Part shown: one piece after another, positions 12,565 through 24,570 of the stretch | Layout of the letters: each line of letters begins with the position of its first letter | How positions within the stretch are numbered: position 1 is the stretch's first letter | Assembly (NCBI RefSeq): GCF_000743755.1 | Contig: NW_014569423.1 | Span: 1 to 32,145, forward strand | DNA length: 32,145 nucleotides | Source of the DNA: Blastocystis sp. subtype 4 | Taxonomy: Eukaryota | Direction of reading: 5' to 3' | Program-made: the position numbers and the translations under genes | The notes under the pieces: generated by a model | The model's input: only the letters and a program-made list of their open reading frames with translations | What the model was told of the DNA's origin: nothing | Databases searched by the model: none

Positions 12565-13848
12565 TTAGAAGCAAATGTTCTTGTAGTTCACGTTGGGGAC
12601 AGTCACACCAGGAAGACAGATGTTCTTAAGCATGTTCATAGTCTTCTCGCTGAAGGGGTAGCTGTGACCGCACTCATGAATGAGAGAAGTAGCCAGCTCC
12701 TGCACACAAGAAGCAGAATAAGTCTCAGCGGGAGTCATCATAGCCTTGTTAGCAGCCTTCTCGTTCATCAAAGCAGCACCAAGTCTCATCACTTCCACCT
12801 CCTTCTTAGCCTCAGCGTAGACAATCTTCTTGTACTCCTCAAGAGCAGAAGCAGCATGCTCCTTATCAGCACGAATTGCTCTCCACATAGCCAAATGACG
12901 AGGAATATCAGCCTTAGCAATCTTGGGGCCACTCTCAGTCTTAGCTCCAAATCTTCTGGCAGGAAGCTCTCCCATGAAGTCCCAAAGGAGCATCTCACCC
13001 ATTCCCTCAATATCTCCGAAGTGGCTCACATTCTGAGTGCTGCTCTCAGCAACCTTCTCGTGAGTGTGCTCATAGAGCTGATCCAGAGTGTGCTTATCAC
13101 CATCCTCCATGAACCATTCCATAGCATTATCCCAGTAGCAAGAGAGACAAGTTCCGAGGCTCTTTCCATCAACAACATCATGAGGAGGGCAGTGAGACTC
13201 ATAAGAAGAATGGCTATCATCAGCAGCGGTGATGGCATACACATTCAGATCCTTAGGAAGAGAAGTGAACATGGATCCAGAATAGCAAGCCTCCATCAGG
13301 AAGAGGAAGTGGTTGTACATCTTCTTATCGTGCATGTACTGAATGGTATCCATAAGCTCCTTGTCACTAACAGTTCCACTTCCAACAAGAATTCTACCAG
13401 GACCTCCATGAGAAGTGAAATAGAGCATGATATCGTCATCAGAAGTAGAATGAAGAGCACGAGGTTCACTCTTTCCGGTCAACTCTCTCAGCTTATCAAC
13501 ATCTCCTCTCATGATAGCCAGCATAACCTCAGGCTTCATGTCCTCAGACTCGTAATCAATGTACTCAACACAACCGTTAGCATAATCCTTACCAGGAGCA
13601 GAAGGACTATCATCAGTGAACAGTTCTCCAGGGAAGGGATTGGTGGTGGAATCAGAAACCTTGCGGGTACTCATCAGGATAATATTCTCAGGCTTCACAC
13701 CTCCAGCGACAAGATCCTTGTACATACGGCAACTCTCGGACTGCACACCGTAATCAGGCCAATTAGCTCTAGGAGCAATAATGATGGCATGTCTATCAGC
13801 AAGAGCAATAGACAGCAGAGCAAAGAAGAAAATAGCAGAGTACTTCAT
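12565..13848 (-). CDS. Legumain-like cysteine peptidase (family C13), secreted, intronless
   Basis: 427-aa ORF with signal peptide, NPFPG, catalytic His (TSHGG) and Cys (EACYSGSMF), YAITAA, C-terminal Cys-containing prodomain. Confidence 0.93.
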   Translation of the reverse strand: MKYSAIFFFALLSIALADRHAIIIAPRANWPDYGVQSESCRMYKDLVAGGVKPENIILMSTRKVSDSTTNPFPGELFTDDSPSAPGKDYANGCVEYIDYESEDMKPEVMLAIMRGDVDKLRELTGKSEPRALHSTSDDDIMLYFTSHGGPGRILVGSGTVSDKELMDTIQYMHDKKMYNHFLFLMEACYSGSMFTSLPKDLNVYAITAADDSHSSYESHCPPHDVVDGKSLGTCLSCYWDNAMEWFMEDGDKHTLDQLYEHTHEKVAESSTQNVSHFGDIEGMGEMLLWDFMGELPARRFGAKTESGPKIAKADIPRHLAMWRAIRADKEHAASALEEYKKIVYAEAKKEVEVMRLGAALMNEKAANKAMMTPAETYSASCVQELATSLIHECGHSYPFSEKTMNMLKNICLPGVTVPNVNYKNICF

Positions 13849-14160
13849 TTACAAATTTTTTGTGCATTATCCAAAGATGACGTCGCGCACCAATTTTTGG
13901 TTTTACCAATTATATATTCGATGTTTTTTCCTCCGTTCCGAGGTGAAAAATGTATTCTGAGCGATGATATTATGACTCTGGGTATGGTAGGATTAGGTTT
14001 TCCTTGTGTATTCGATTTTCTGTGGATAGGAAAATGAACATGTTATTTAGTTCTTCACCAAAAGTACTTTCAGATAATATAGATGAGTGGTTAGGACATT
14101 AGCCTGCGTAGTTACGGTTATTACGCGCATCTTCGAATCATGTCATTGTCACTTTTATAA

Positions 14161-17100
14161 TCAAACAATACATTTTGCTTTTCGTTTAACCCCAAATAGA
14201 TTCCTTGCAATTACAGGACTATCATCCGAATGCTGAAAAGCCAGAGATCCTGTTTCCGTGACAATTGGTCGCTTCACTTCATCACTATGAAAGTAGCGTT
14301 TGATTCCTTTTGGCTTTGGTGTAATTTGTACAGATTCATCCTTTACTACTGGTTTGATCTTGCTCACAAATTCATTTCTCTTTTCTGCCGCCTTCTTAAA
14401 TTCCTCATCATCCTTGTCCAAGGTTGAACGAGATAGTGATACTTTCTTTGTAAGACCTTGTGCCTTCATTCTACTGAAAAGTCCTCCTGCAGGTGGTGTT
14501 TTTGCTTTCTCTTCAATCTTCACAGGAAGACTCAAATTGGTAGAAACATGCTGTGAATGAGGTACTGAGGATAATTTTTTCTTAGAAGTCGAAGATTTCT
14601 CTGGCATAACAAATCTCCCTGCATTAGTAGCAAAGAATGCTCCTAACTGTCTCTGCAAGTCATCTTTCGTTCAATCCCATTCCTATACCTACTCACACTC
14701 TGCATTGGACGATAAAATGGTTGCATCCACTTACTAAGTTGTTGAATACTTGAGTTTGAAGTATATCGATCATCCATTAACAGAATGGCACCATAATCTT
14801 TATTATGTCGAATTGCTCGACCAATACTCTGATTGACAGCTCGATGAGCATTGATTCTGTACCATTCACTGCCACTATACGGTTGAGAAGAGAAATTCAT
14901 GATTGAAGCAAGTGGAAGATCATCCATACGAACTGAACGAAGGTCTTGACCTCGAGATGAGGCTTTGATGAGACGTTTATTGAGTTTCTCTTGTTGCTTC
15001 AACCTTTCATCGAGATAATCACGTCGTAGCTTCACCTTCAAGTCAGTATAAGGAGCAAAAGGAATTCCAATGATAATCACAGCACGACACATTGCATCAC
15101 TGAAGTCAATACCCTCACTTGCCTTCCCACGACATACAGCCATCAGAATAGCACCTTTTCGGAAGACAGCTTGTTCCAATTGATGTACGATCGAGTTGAA
15201 GTCTTTGGTACTCATCCCAACTTCTTCCTGATACACATCCTTCACAGCCATGATTCTATCCATAGTTCCATCATGACTCCACTCACGACTACATTCAAGC
15301 ATATATCCATAGGAAGGGAAGAAGATGATTACATTCCCAGGAATCTTTGGTAACAAGGTGAGAATGGTTTCAGCCATTTCTTTCTTCAACTGAGGATCTC
15401 CACGTAGTCTAGGAGTGACATACAATAATGAATCAAACTGATATGATGAAGAGATGGGCATACCATGAACAGACTTATCTACACTAACGACCATCAACTA
15501 TCCATCATCCTAATCCAAAATATCAACTTGGGACTCACTAATTACATGCATATTTTCGAGCATGTATTGAATCGGAATCTGAAACTCGTTAATTAGTGGT
15601 GTCATTGGTGCTAAAGTACCTCTACGATGAATAAACTAATCAAATCCGACGAAGTAAAGATTACATTGGAAACATTAGTCTCCATTAGACTCTTCATGGC
15701 AACTGAACAATCCATACACCAGAACCCAAATTCAGGAACTATAAGTCAATCCATGGATTCACAATTACATTCTTCATGTTCTCGTTGGTGAGTTAATTTG
15801 TTATATGTGGTTTCCTCCACATAATGAGCAACAAACATCCAGTGATCTGCGACACCCGGTTTTCTCTCCTCATCAATCTTCAGAAGATTTAAGAGACGTT
15901 GAAGACTTTCCAAAGCACAGAATTTGGAGTGCGGGAAATACTCTGCATGAAGTCTGCACGTTTCATTTACAATATCTGATACGTGTTTGCCTGTGTTCTG
16001 ATCAATACCACAGGATTCAAGGAAAGTGTACATATAGGAGCCAAAATGTGTTATCATTTTCTATCTATCAATCAATGATAATAGTTTAACTTTGTCTCTA
16101 AGTAATTCGATCAGTTTCGATTCGATGAGTTGAACTAGCGAAAGAGCCAATACAAGCTGCTGTTCGATCTTCTTTGCATTCTCTGCTTGTCCTTCTTCCT
16201 TATTGGAAGCTAAGGCTCCTTCCGTCTTCCCTACATCTCTGGTGAGAAGATCACGAATCTCCTTCTGCATTGAGTTCAATAGTTTCGATGTAATATCGAT
16301 TGACATGCTATCAAGGCAAAAGGAATCAATATTGTGAGCTTCATCAATAATCACTGTACATTCGGTCAGATCAAATGGAAGAGTCTGTCGAATGAACGGA
16401 TCCATCAAATAGTTATAAGGCATTAACACTAGTTGACACTCAATCATGATCGCTTCCTCTCGAGAGAGATAATAAGGACATTTGTTGTACTTCATGCCAT
16501 ATGCATATAAATCCTCAATATCCATTAGTCCATTATGTGGAAGTGATTTCCCATAAAAATGAGATCCAAAACCTTGTCGATCAATGTAGTAGGGACAGGT
16601 AGTGCCTAAAGAACGACAAAGTGTTTTCTGAGTATAACTTGGTTGACTTTGGACATTTTGATTCACACATAACTGTTCACGAGAACCCAATACCATGATC
16701 TTGGGATGGTACGTTGTTTTACGCAATTCTCGAACGACTTGCTTGATCTGAGAATGAGTTCGGGAGCAGTATATGAGTTTTCGGCCTACAACCTTGGATT
16801 CCGGAACTATGAATTACTCGATACTCTAATTTCTACTGGCATGTGCTTTGTCATGGGTATTCTTCCCAAGCCTACTATTAAATTGATCAACCCGGTCCTT
16901 TTGTTTGGCATACTGAGAAGGAATGTGGCTACCCTTCAACATAAATTGACTCTCCATTTGCAAACCATTGAAAAATCCATTACTGCCAGTGATGAGCACA
17001 ACAATGAAAGAGTCTACAGATTACTCTGTCTATTCACTTCCACCTTTCCTGTTCCTGTAGGACTTTCGAGCATTGCATTTGAATGAGTTTGAATGGAATC

Positions 17101-17187
17101 AATCACTCTACGCATATACTCCTGTTGAATCGTATATGGTTCAAAAGGAAATTCGACTTTGACACTATTGTACTCAAAAACTGGCAT
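14161..17187 (-). CDS. RTEL1: Rad3/XPD-family Fe-S DNA helicase, RTEL1-like (FANCJ not excluded)
   Basis: FPFEPY..QQEYM, LESPTGTGK, SRTHSQ, four Fe-S cysteines (LCVN, LCR, TCPYY, KCPYY), DEAHN, TS|GTL, RGKASEGIDF, SGSEWY..RAVNQSIGRAIRHNKDYGA. Confidence 0.85.
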
Positions 17188-17213
17188 TGTGTCCAAAACA
17201 AATGGGATAACAA

Positions 17214-17221
17214 AACAAACA
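17214..17221 (-). terminator. TGTTTGTT 3'-end motif (DGAT2)
   Basis: Exact motif exactly 5 nt after the TAA. Confidence 0.8.
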
Positions 17222-17226
17222 GAACC

Positions 17227-18398
17227 TTAAAAATCAATTACAAGGTCATGCTCTCCTTCTCGTCTATAGTTCTTAAATATATCCTGAATTTGATGTACAT
17301 ACTACTCCTCAGAATTCCAATTCAACCTTACTTCCACAAATACTGCATTAATATCCTCAGCAGATGGACTATCATTTTGTTTCACTTCAATAGGAGAACC
17401 AAAAACAGTTGTGATTTCGGTATTGGACGGAAGGATAGAATGAATTGGAGGAATACGGATTCCAAAGAGCTTATAATTACAACACAACAGTTATTCTACC
17501 CTTTTTGTAACGAAATTCAACCATGGTAAAGGTCTCCTATCTTCAGAAATAAACCACCAATTGTTCTCTCCAAATGAATACCTATAGGATCAAAGACCCA
17601 ATCCATTGAAACATTGGGACGATCGGAGTTCCTGTTTGAATTGCTAATCTGATAAAACCCCTGTGCTTCATAAGAATATGGTTATGATGAGAAACAGAGA
17701 GAAGAGACTCGTCTGCCCCTCCTGGAACGACTACAGGAGAATAGCCATTCTGAAGGAGTGAACGGATCGTTGATTCTCTACAATCGGTTCCTCCAACTGC
17801 AAGACAAAGATCACGGTAGAATGGAATAATGTAACAAGCACTAACAGCAACTCCTCGGAAGACTATTCCTGGGAACAATTGATCAATATCAGTTGCATTG
17901 GTGCCAATATTCAAGCAGATTCCAAGGGGAAGAACACCATGAGGATGTGCTGCAAAGATGTACTGATCCAGTTTTAATTCCGTAGTTCGGATTATCGAAG
18001 AATGTTTTGCATTAGCAATTCGTTTCCACAGATGCAAATGACGAAACCACTGACAAGGTCTGAATATCATTACACTACTCCAGAATCACCTTCCATGGTA
18101 AAGTTCTACATCCTGTAAAAAGGTGATTGAATACAAAAGAACAAAGGGAATCAAATGGGCACACCAACAACAAAGAGGTAGAAAACAAAGAATGAGAATA
18201 TCGATCTTGATAAGTTTATACAAAACCAAATCTACAACTATTATTCCAAACAAATGAGCTACTTTTCACATCACTAAGATCGCGTTTATACAATGCACCT
18301 CTCGAGAATAAGACTCTACAGACTCAACCAATATAGCCAAGTATCTACAGGAGACAGCACAGAGTGAATCCTTCAATCCAAAGACACAGTCGATTCAT
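17227..18398 (-). CDS. Diacylglycerol/monoacylglycerol O-acyltransferase (DGAT2/MOGAT family)
   Basis: YIFAAHPHG catalytic motif, VVPGGADES, RGFIRLAIQTGTPIVPMF, TVFGSPI; hydrophobic N-terminal exons. Start ATG at 18398 is tentative; TAA at 17227-17229. Confidence 0.88.
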
Positions 18399-18629
18399 AT
18401 TAACAATGATCTGATTAAGAGAGTGGCAATCTTTCGCTACGATTACGTAATCTGGAATTGAATTGAATGACGACAACAAACGAAATTAAGCCTCGTGGGA
18501 GATATAAGAGGTTCACAGTGTAATGGAGCTAGTATTTCATTTCTCCGTAGAGAATAAACGAAACACTATTGATGTACCCAATAATAAATGTCCCAAAACT
18601 CCAAATCACTTTTGTTTCACATATCTACA

Positions 18630-21543
18630 ATGAGAGTAAGTTTGTTTCTATTTTTCCTCTCTTGCATAACTGCAAAAGTGTAAGGCTCTTTTCTTGGAGT
18701 CTAATAACACAGATTGGATCTGAATGGGGCTTGGAACGTCAAGAATCTGAATGGAAGCATTTCTATTTCAGGAAATGTTCCTGGAGAGATCCATACAGAT
18801 TTGATGCAAGTTGGAATCCTTGGAGACCCGTATTATCGCTACAACGATTTCGAGTATTCAAATTCGTTAAAATTGATGTCCTAGGTATGAATGGGTAGGA
18901 AGAGATACTTGGACCTATTCCCGCACCTTTACAGTTGACTATAATCTCACCAGTCGCGTATCTTGGCTGCATTGTGATGGAATTGATACGGTAGCTGAAA
19001 TTTTGTAGGATCGAACGAGTTTCTGAATGGATAGTATTAATGAAATCTCGGTTGCTAAGGTGGATAATCAACACCGAATCTATTGGATTGATGTTACAAA
19101 CGCCGTGAAACAAGGTAAGAATACCATTGTTGTCGTGTTTGCAAATCCTGCTGCGTAAGCATATTCTTGTAGTTTCACCTAGGTGGGCAAACGCCAAACG
19201 CGATGCTTATCCCTATGATGTTCATGATCAAACGTGTTGGGCTCCCTTCAAGGATACCCACCGTGCTTTCATCCGAAAGGCTCAAAATGGATTTGGCTGG
19301 GATTGGGGTCCAGCTTATGTATAGTACTATCACTGCTATGAATTCTAGGGAACGGTGGGTATTTATCGTGACATCTCCTTAGTATCGACAGATTCCGCAG
19401 TTGTCTCACTAATTACGCCTCAAGTGATGATGGACGAACAGAAGAATTGGTCGGTGAAAGTGGCTGTATATCTTCAATGCAAGAGAAACACACAAGGTCG
19501 TGTGAAAGTCTCCATTGAAGATATTGTGTCAGAATCGGTGATGGTAGATTGCCTGAAGGATGGTGAACATCGTGTTGATGTAACTCTCTCTGTCCCTAGT
19601 ACTGCTGTGAAGCGCTGGTATCCAGTGGGATATGGAGAGCATCCTACCTATGAATTGCGTGTGGTATTTGAAGGGAAAGAACAGGATATGAAATCTGTTC
19701 AGATTGGTTTCCGTACAGCAGATTTGATTCGAGAGAAGATTGGTGCTGATGAAGAGAGCATGTTCTTCCGAATCAACGATATTGACGTTTTCATTCGTGG
19801 AAGTAATTTCATTCCTATGGATGTCTTTGAATCCCGAATCAGTGAACATGATATTGATGTGTATGACTATTTGAAGCCATAAGAATATAGTCTGCTTCTT
19901 GACGCCATTAAGGGAAATCAGAATATGATTCGTATCTGGGGAGGTGGTCTTTATCAACGTGATTACCTCTATACTGTAGCTGATCGTATGGGTCTTTTGG
20001 TAGTTCTGAGTTGTATGAATCATGAATAGATCTGGCAAGAGTTTATGTTTGCTTGTTCTCTGTATCCTCGTGATCATGCATTCTTAGAGACTGTTCAACA
20101 AGAGGTTCGTGATGTAGTTCGTCGATTAGCTCCTCATCCTTCTATTGTACTGTGGTCTGGTAACAATGAGAATCAAGGAGAAGGAACCTCCTCAACACAA
20201 CGTCAATTGGATTATGTCTTATTGTATGATACAACAGTTCAAGAGGAATTACGTCGAAATGATCGTTCACGTCCTTATTGGCCTGCTTCTCCATCAAATG
20301 GTGTTTTGATTGATGATCCTGATTTGGGTGTATTCATTCAACGTTGGGGTTCAGAAGGTGATCTTCGCTATGGAGATATTCACCGTTACGATTATTATTC
20401 TGTGTGTACTGTATGGATTGATCAACAATGATTAACGATAGGATATTAGCAAGTATCCCGCACCAAAGATGGCTTCAGAATTTGGTTATCATGCTCTTCC
20501 TTCATTCTATTCGATGAAACAAGTAACAGAGAAAGAAGATCGTATGATTCAATCTCCCTGGATGAATAAACGTAATCATCATATGGATAATAATCAAGGT
20601 ATTATTGATCAAGTAAATAACTTCTTCAACAAACCACTGGAGGGAGATACTGACAAGACATTCAAGAGTTGGATCTATCTCTCTCAGATTATGCAAGGCT
20701 ATTGTATTGCTACACAAGCGGAACATTATCGTCGTATGCGTACTGAACACAATACGATGGGTTCGTTGTACTGGCAGCTAAATGATATTTGGCAAGCACC
20801 AACATGGGCTTCTATTGAATGGGGTAATTGGAGATGGCGAATGCTTCACTATATGAGTGAGAGTTAATTGAAGGAGTGATGGATAGTGATGCATGCTTAC
20901 GAATTTGTACAGATTTCTGGATTCACAATGAAAGATCAAGTGTATTTCTATGCAATTAGCGATGCAACAGAACCCATTCAGAATGTGACAATGACATTAC
21001 GGCTTATTAGCTGGAGTGGTGAAGTTGTACGTACAGAATCAAGATTGATAAATTTCCCTGCTTTATCTGCAGTGAATCTCTTTGATCCTGTGTCTATAGA
21101 CGAATTCCTTCGTAGGGATTGGATTGATATTACATGATAGAACCCTATAAGAAGACTGAGGTGTTTGTCGAGTATTCAGTGGCTCTTCCAGCGCCATACC
21201 CTTCTCAGAAACGTTATTTGTTACCGAATCAAGATTATGGAGCATTTAAGTCAATTCATTTAGAGGATCCCAAGATTGAGGTGGTTGATATTGAGGTTCT
21301 AAATGGCATTGGTATGATCTATGACTTCTGTTGAGTATAGAGGTGAAGGTGATCCTTCAGTCACAGAGTGTGGCTGCTCACGTCATGATTGAAACAGATG
21401 AGTCTGGATTCTGGTCTGACAATGCTTTTATGTTGATCCCTGGAGAGGAACTGGCTGTTCACTTCTATGGTTATAAGCAGATTGATCTCGACAACTTCAA
21501 GAAATCCTTAACTACTATGTCTCTTTGGGACACATACAATTGA
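18630..21543 (+). CDS. MANBA: Beta-mannosidase (glycoside hydrolase family 2), secreted
   Basis: Signal peptide [75 protein letters not shown] (acid/base), ASEFG (nucleophile), [14 protein letters not shown]. Confidence 0.93.
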
Positions 21544-21551
21544 TAATAACG

Positions 21552-21559
21552 TGTTTGTT
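21552..21559 (+). terminator. TGTTTGTT 3'-end motif (beta-mannosidase)
   Basis: Exact motif 8 nt after the TGA. Confidence 0.78.
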
Positions 21560-21578
21560 TAACAATTTCATTGTTGAT

Positions 21579-21941
21579 ATGTCAGAAGAAGAAAACATTA
21601 TATATGGAAAGCTTCGATTTGATGAAACATTTCAGTATCGGTGGGAGCATCGTTTGGTATTGATTTCCAGAAGTATCAAGGTTAACGGTTCTATTGCAAT
21701 ATGCGTTGGTGATGGTCACAAACTCCATTACAAAGAATGGTGTAAATTGGGTATCAAGTTAAGTGAGGAATGGGAACACATTTCAACTCATGTGTTTGGG
21801 AATCTATTATAAATAAACTATAGACCTGAGCGGAATATATTAATGTTTCGGAGACTTGTAGATAACAAGAATGTGCCAAATGCGGATTATTTGCTACAGA
21901 ATGAATATGAAATACAAAAATATAAGAATCGGGAGATTTAA
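21579..21941 (+). CDS. Cyclin-dependent kinase regulatory subunit (Cks1/Suc1)-like, divergent
   Basis: With 30-nt introns at 21641-21670 and 21794-21823: MSEEENIIYGKLRFDETFQYRSIKVNGSIAICVGDGHKLHYKEWCKLGIKLSEEWEHISTHVPERNILMFRRLV..., collinear without gaps with the Cks pattern (FEYR-23aa-EW..LG...S..W.H...H.PE..IL.FRR). Confidence 0.8.
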
Positions 21942-22233
21942 TATATGAATGATTGCAGATGTATTATTATGTGTGATATAGTCGATTTGTTGCATCAGAT
22001 GAGTGCTACTATGTAATTAGCATCCAGGTCAATGTCCAAAGTGATTTGGACAACAATGATTCGTTTTCATACGAGTAGTGGCAAGTTTGTTGAAGGGGCG
22101 ACTCTCAACAAGTTGATTTGCTAGTTTTCAAATGATATCATATAATAATTGAGTATCCTAACATACCCATTGTAGAACACTATTATATACAGAAATTATA
22201 GAAGCAAGGAAGCTTTATCACCGTGAAGTTCAT

Positions 22234-23505
22234 TTAGGATACAGTGGAGTGAATGTAAGGATGTGATTCTTCTTCAAACTCATTCGATGAGAAGTATCGT
22301 ATTACCAATCCTCTATTGTCTCTGAAAACCACCGGGGATACTAAGAGAATACAGACATAAGACATATACGTTAAAAATAAAATGATCCGTAAACCAATGA
22401 TTGTGGAGTGAAAGAGTCCAAAACTCTTCTGCAGAAGCTGAAACAACGCGGTATTCCGCCTGCTGATTGATTCTGGTAATAGATGGTGAGATGCGAAGAA
22501 GATGGAGTATATGTCCCGGTAATCGGACTAAAGGTTCATTTACAATTACAGATCGAGTGCGTCTTCTCCGATAATGCATGTGTTCCCATTGATGATACAA
22601 CTGGGTTGTCTATGATGTGAACACAATTGGATTCCAACATAGAAGAACAGAATAACGGATAGAGAGGACATGCGAGGTACAATGTCATTACCAATTATCA
22701 CACATGCTACTCGATCATCGACGATTTCTCTCTCCTTCAGAATCGTCTGTCCAGGAGGTGCAAACGATATGCAATAATTGGGATATTTCTGTTGAAGGAG
22801 ATATGAAAGAATGAGGGCGATTCCCGCTCCTAGTGAATGACCAGTAATAAGGAGCCGAGTCGAATGAGATATCTATGTGATTATGGGAAAGGGGTCATAC
22901 TGAATCAAGAATATATTGGGGTAGAGGGATCAATGACGGATATCCATTGAAGAGAGTATCAAGTATGTGTGTATCTTGAAGAGTTTCTCGAATATTTCTG
23001 GCACTTGTGTACATTCCCTTTGACTTAGGACTTCTCTTTTCGTCTCACTTGATGAGCCAACACTGTTGAGAATCCGCTTGGATCAGAGTCATTTCTGTAC
23101 CGAATAGGAATCAAACCTGATAATCAATTTTGAATAGTATATACGTCTTCGCATGGATGTCACTGTATCTTTCATTGACTTTGTACCACGAATACAGATA
23201 ACAACAGCATCTAGAAATGGGTCAAAAACGACAAACCAAGGAGATTTATAGACACTTATCATAGACCATCTTTTCCATTCCTACTCATTTTCATTGTGTG
23301 ACAACAGCAAAAAGCCACCTATCCTTTGAATGCGTTGTTTTAGGGTGGTTATCCGTAAGAACTGAAATCTACTTGTATTTCCACTCCGAATATGCTGAAT
23401 ATTCCAGCTACGATATGAATCAAACGAATCACGATACAATACAGATCCATAGATGGCATTGGCATATAGTGACAAGATTTGGATATCAGACCATGCAAAA
23501 TTCAT
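22234..23505 (-). CDS. Class 3 lipase (diacylglycerol-lipase-like); 3' end uncertain
   Basis: Spliced segments YANAIYG, PWFVVFDPFLDAVVICIRGT, LLITGHSLGAG (nucleophile elbow), SFAPPG, IIGNDIVPRMS, RLPGHILHL, WFTDH. Confidence 0.82.
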
Positions 23506-23521
23506 TACCAATAGATCTGGA

Positions 23522-23529
23522 AACAAACA
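23522..23529 (-). terminator. TGTTTGTT 3'-end motif (hypothetical gene)
   Basis: Exact motif between the TAG at 23553 and the lipase ATG at 23505. Confidence 0.65.
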
Positions 23530-23552
23530 ATAGCACTATTTCAATGTCGTGT

Positions 23553-24470
23553 CTAAGCAGCAATAGTGTAAGTATTTGGGTCTGGATGACGAATCTCTTC
23601 AATAACTTGTGCCAATCGAGACGAAATCTCCCAGCAATCTTCCCAGTCCAAATGAAGGAACACGACAAAGACAAACACAAGGATATAAACTCCATAGAAA
23701 CAAGATAACACATGAAGTCTTCCGAGCTTATACTAATTCCACTCTCCTTTGTAAAAAGATCCATAAGATCCATATCAAAGGACAAACCAGTCACCTCATC
23801 CTCATCTTCTTCTTCATCGCATTCACTTCCACAACTATCACATCCTTCATCACATTCAGGAGGATACACTCCATTATGAACAAATTCAAAATCAATGATA
23901 TCACCTTGCAATTACAAATATCAACCATCATCTACCCAAAGAACCATCAATGTGACCCGCTTTAAGCACATAATGAATCTTTGTCTTCATATCCTCTCTA
24001 GTCATGATCCAACCTCATCATCTCGTACTCTCCAATGATAACACGGTCGTAAACAGTCATCACTTGCCAAGTCTATATAACAAATCAAACAAATCCCAAC
24101 AAGAGTATCACTAATCTTGAAATTGATAGTTGCATACGTATGACAAAACTCAGAATCTGAAGTACTACTAACAGAAACAACTTCAGCCGAATCTGCAAGT
24201 TTCTTCATTTCAGGCATCACTTCCTCAGTCTCTTCATTTCGAATAGACTCTTCACAAAAGTCCAAATTGTTTGTAAGCAGATTTCTGCACAGTCACAATA
24301 TTAAACCAAAGAAAATACCGGACGTTGTATGTCGCAAGTAGTAATTCGCTTTCACACATAATCTGTTTCAAAATCTCGATCTCAGAAAAATTGCCCTGAT
24401 AATCCGAAACAATCTTCATAATTCTGTTTCTCAGTCCCTCAATAGCCTCTTCGGAGCCCTTTTCGGTCAT
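23553..24470 (-). CDS. Hypothetical acidic/Cys-containing protein; 3' end ambiguous (23683 or 23553)
   Basis: Successive minus-strand ORFs (24252-24470, 24002-24265, 23486-23911) linked by ~30-nt GT-AG introns; acidic tract ECDEGCDSCGSECDEEEDEDE. No recognised family. Confidence 0.55.
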
Positions 24471-24570
24471 GGCAAGGAATTGCTAACAACAAAGTGATAG
24501 ATATTTCAGTGATAGACTCAAAGAAACTTTATAAACTACCTCTATAAGAACAAATGGAGAAAAGAAAAGT

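Noticed and set aside
12664..14037. 457-aa antisense ORF over the legumain gene
   Set aside because: Mirror of a codon-biased sense gene; Ser/Leu/His-rich with no motifs and a GTG start.
14632..14655. QRQLGAFF as a canonical PIP box
   Set aside because: Position matches the conserved last helix of the RTEL1/FANCJ helicase core (..FF), so it is probably structural.
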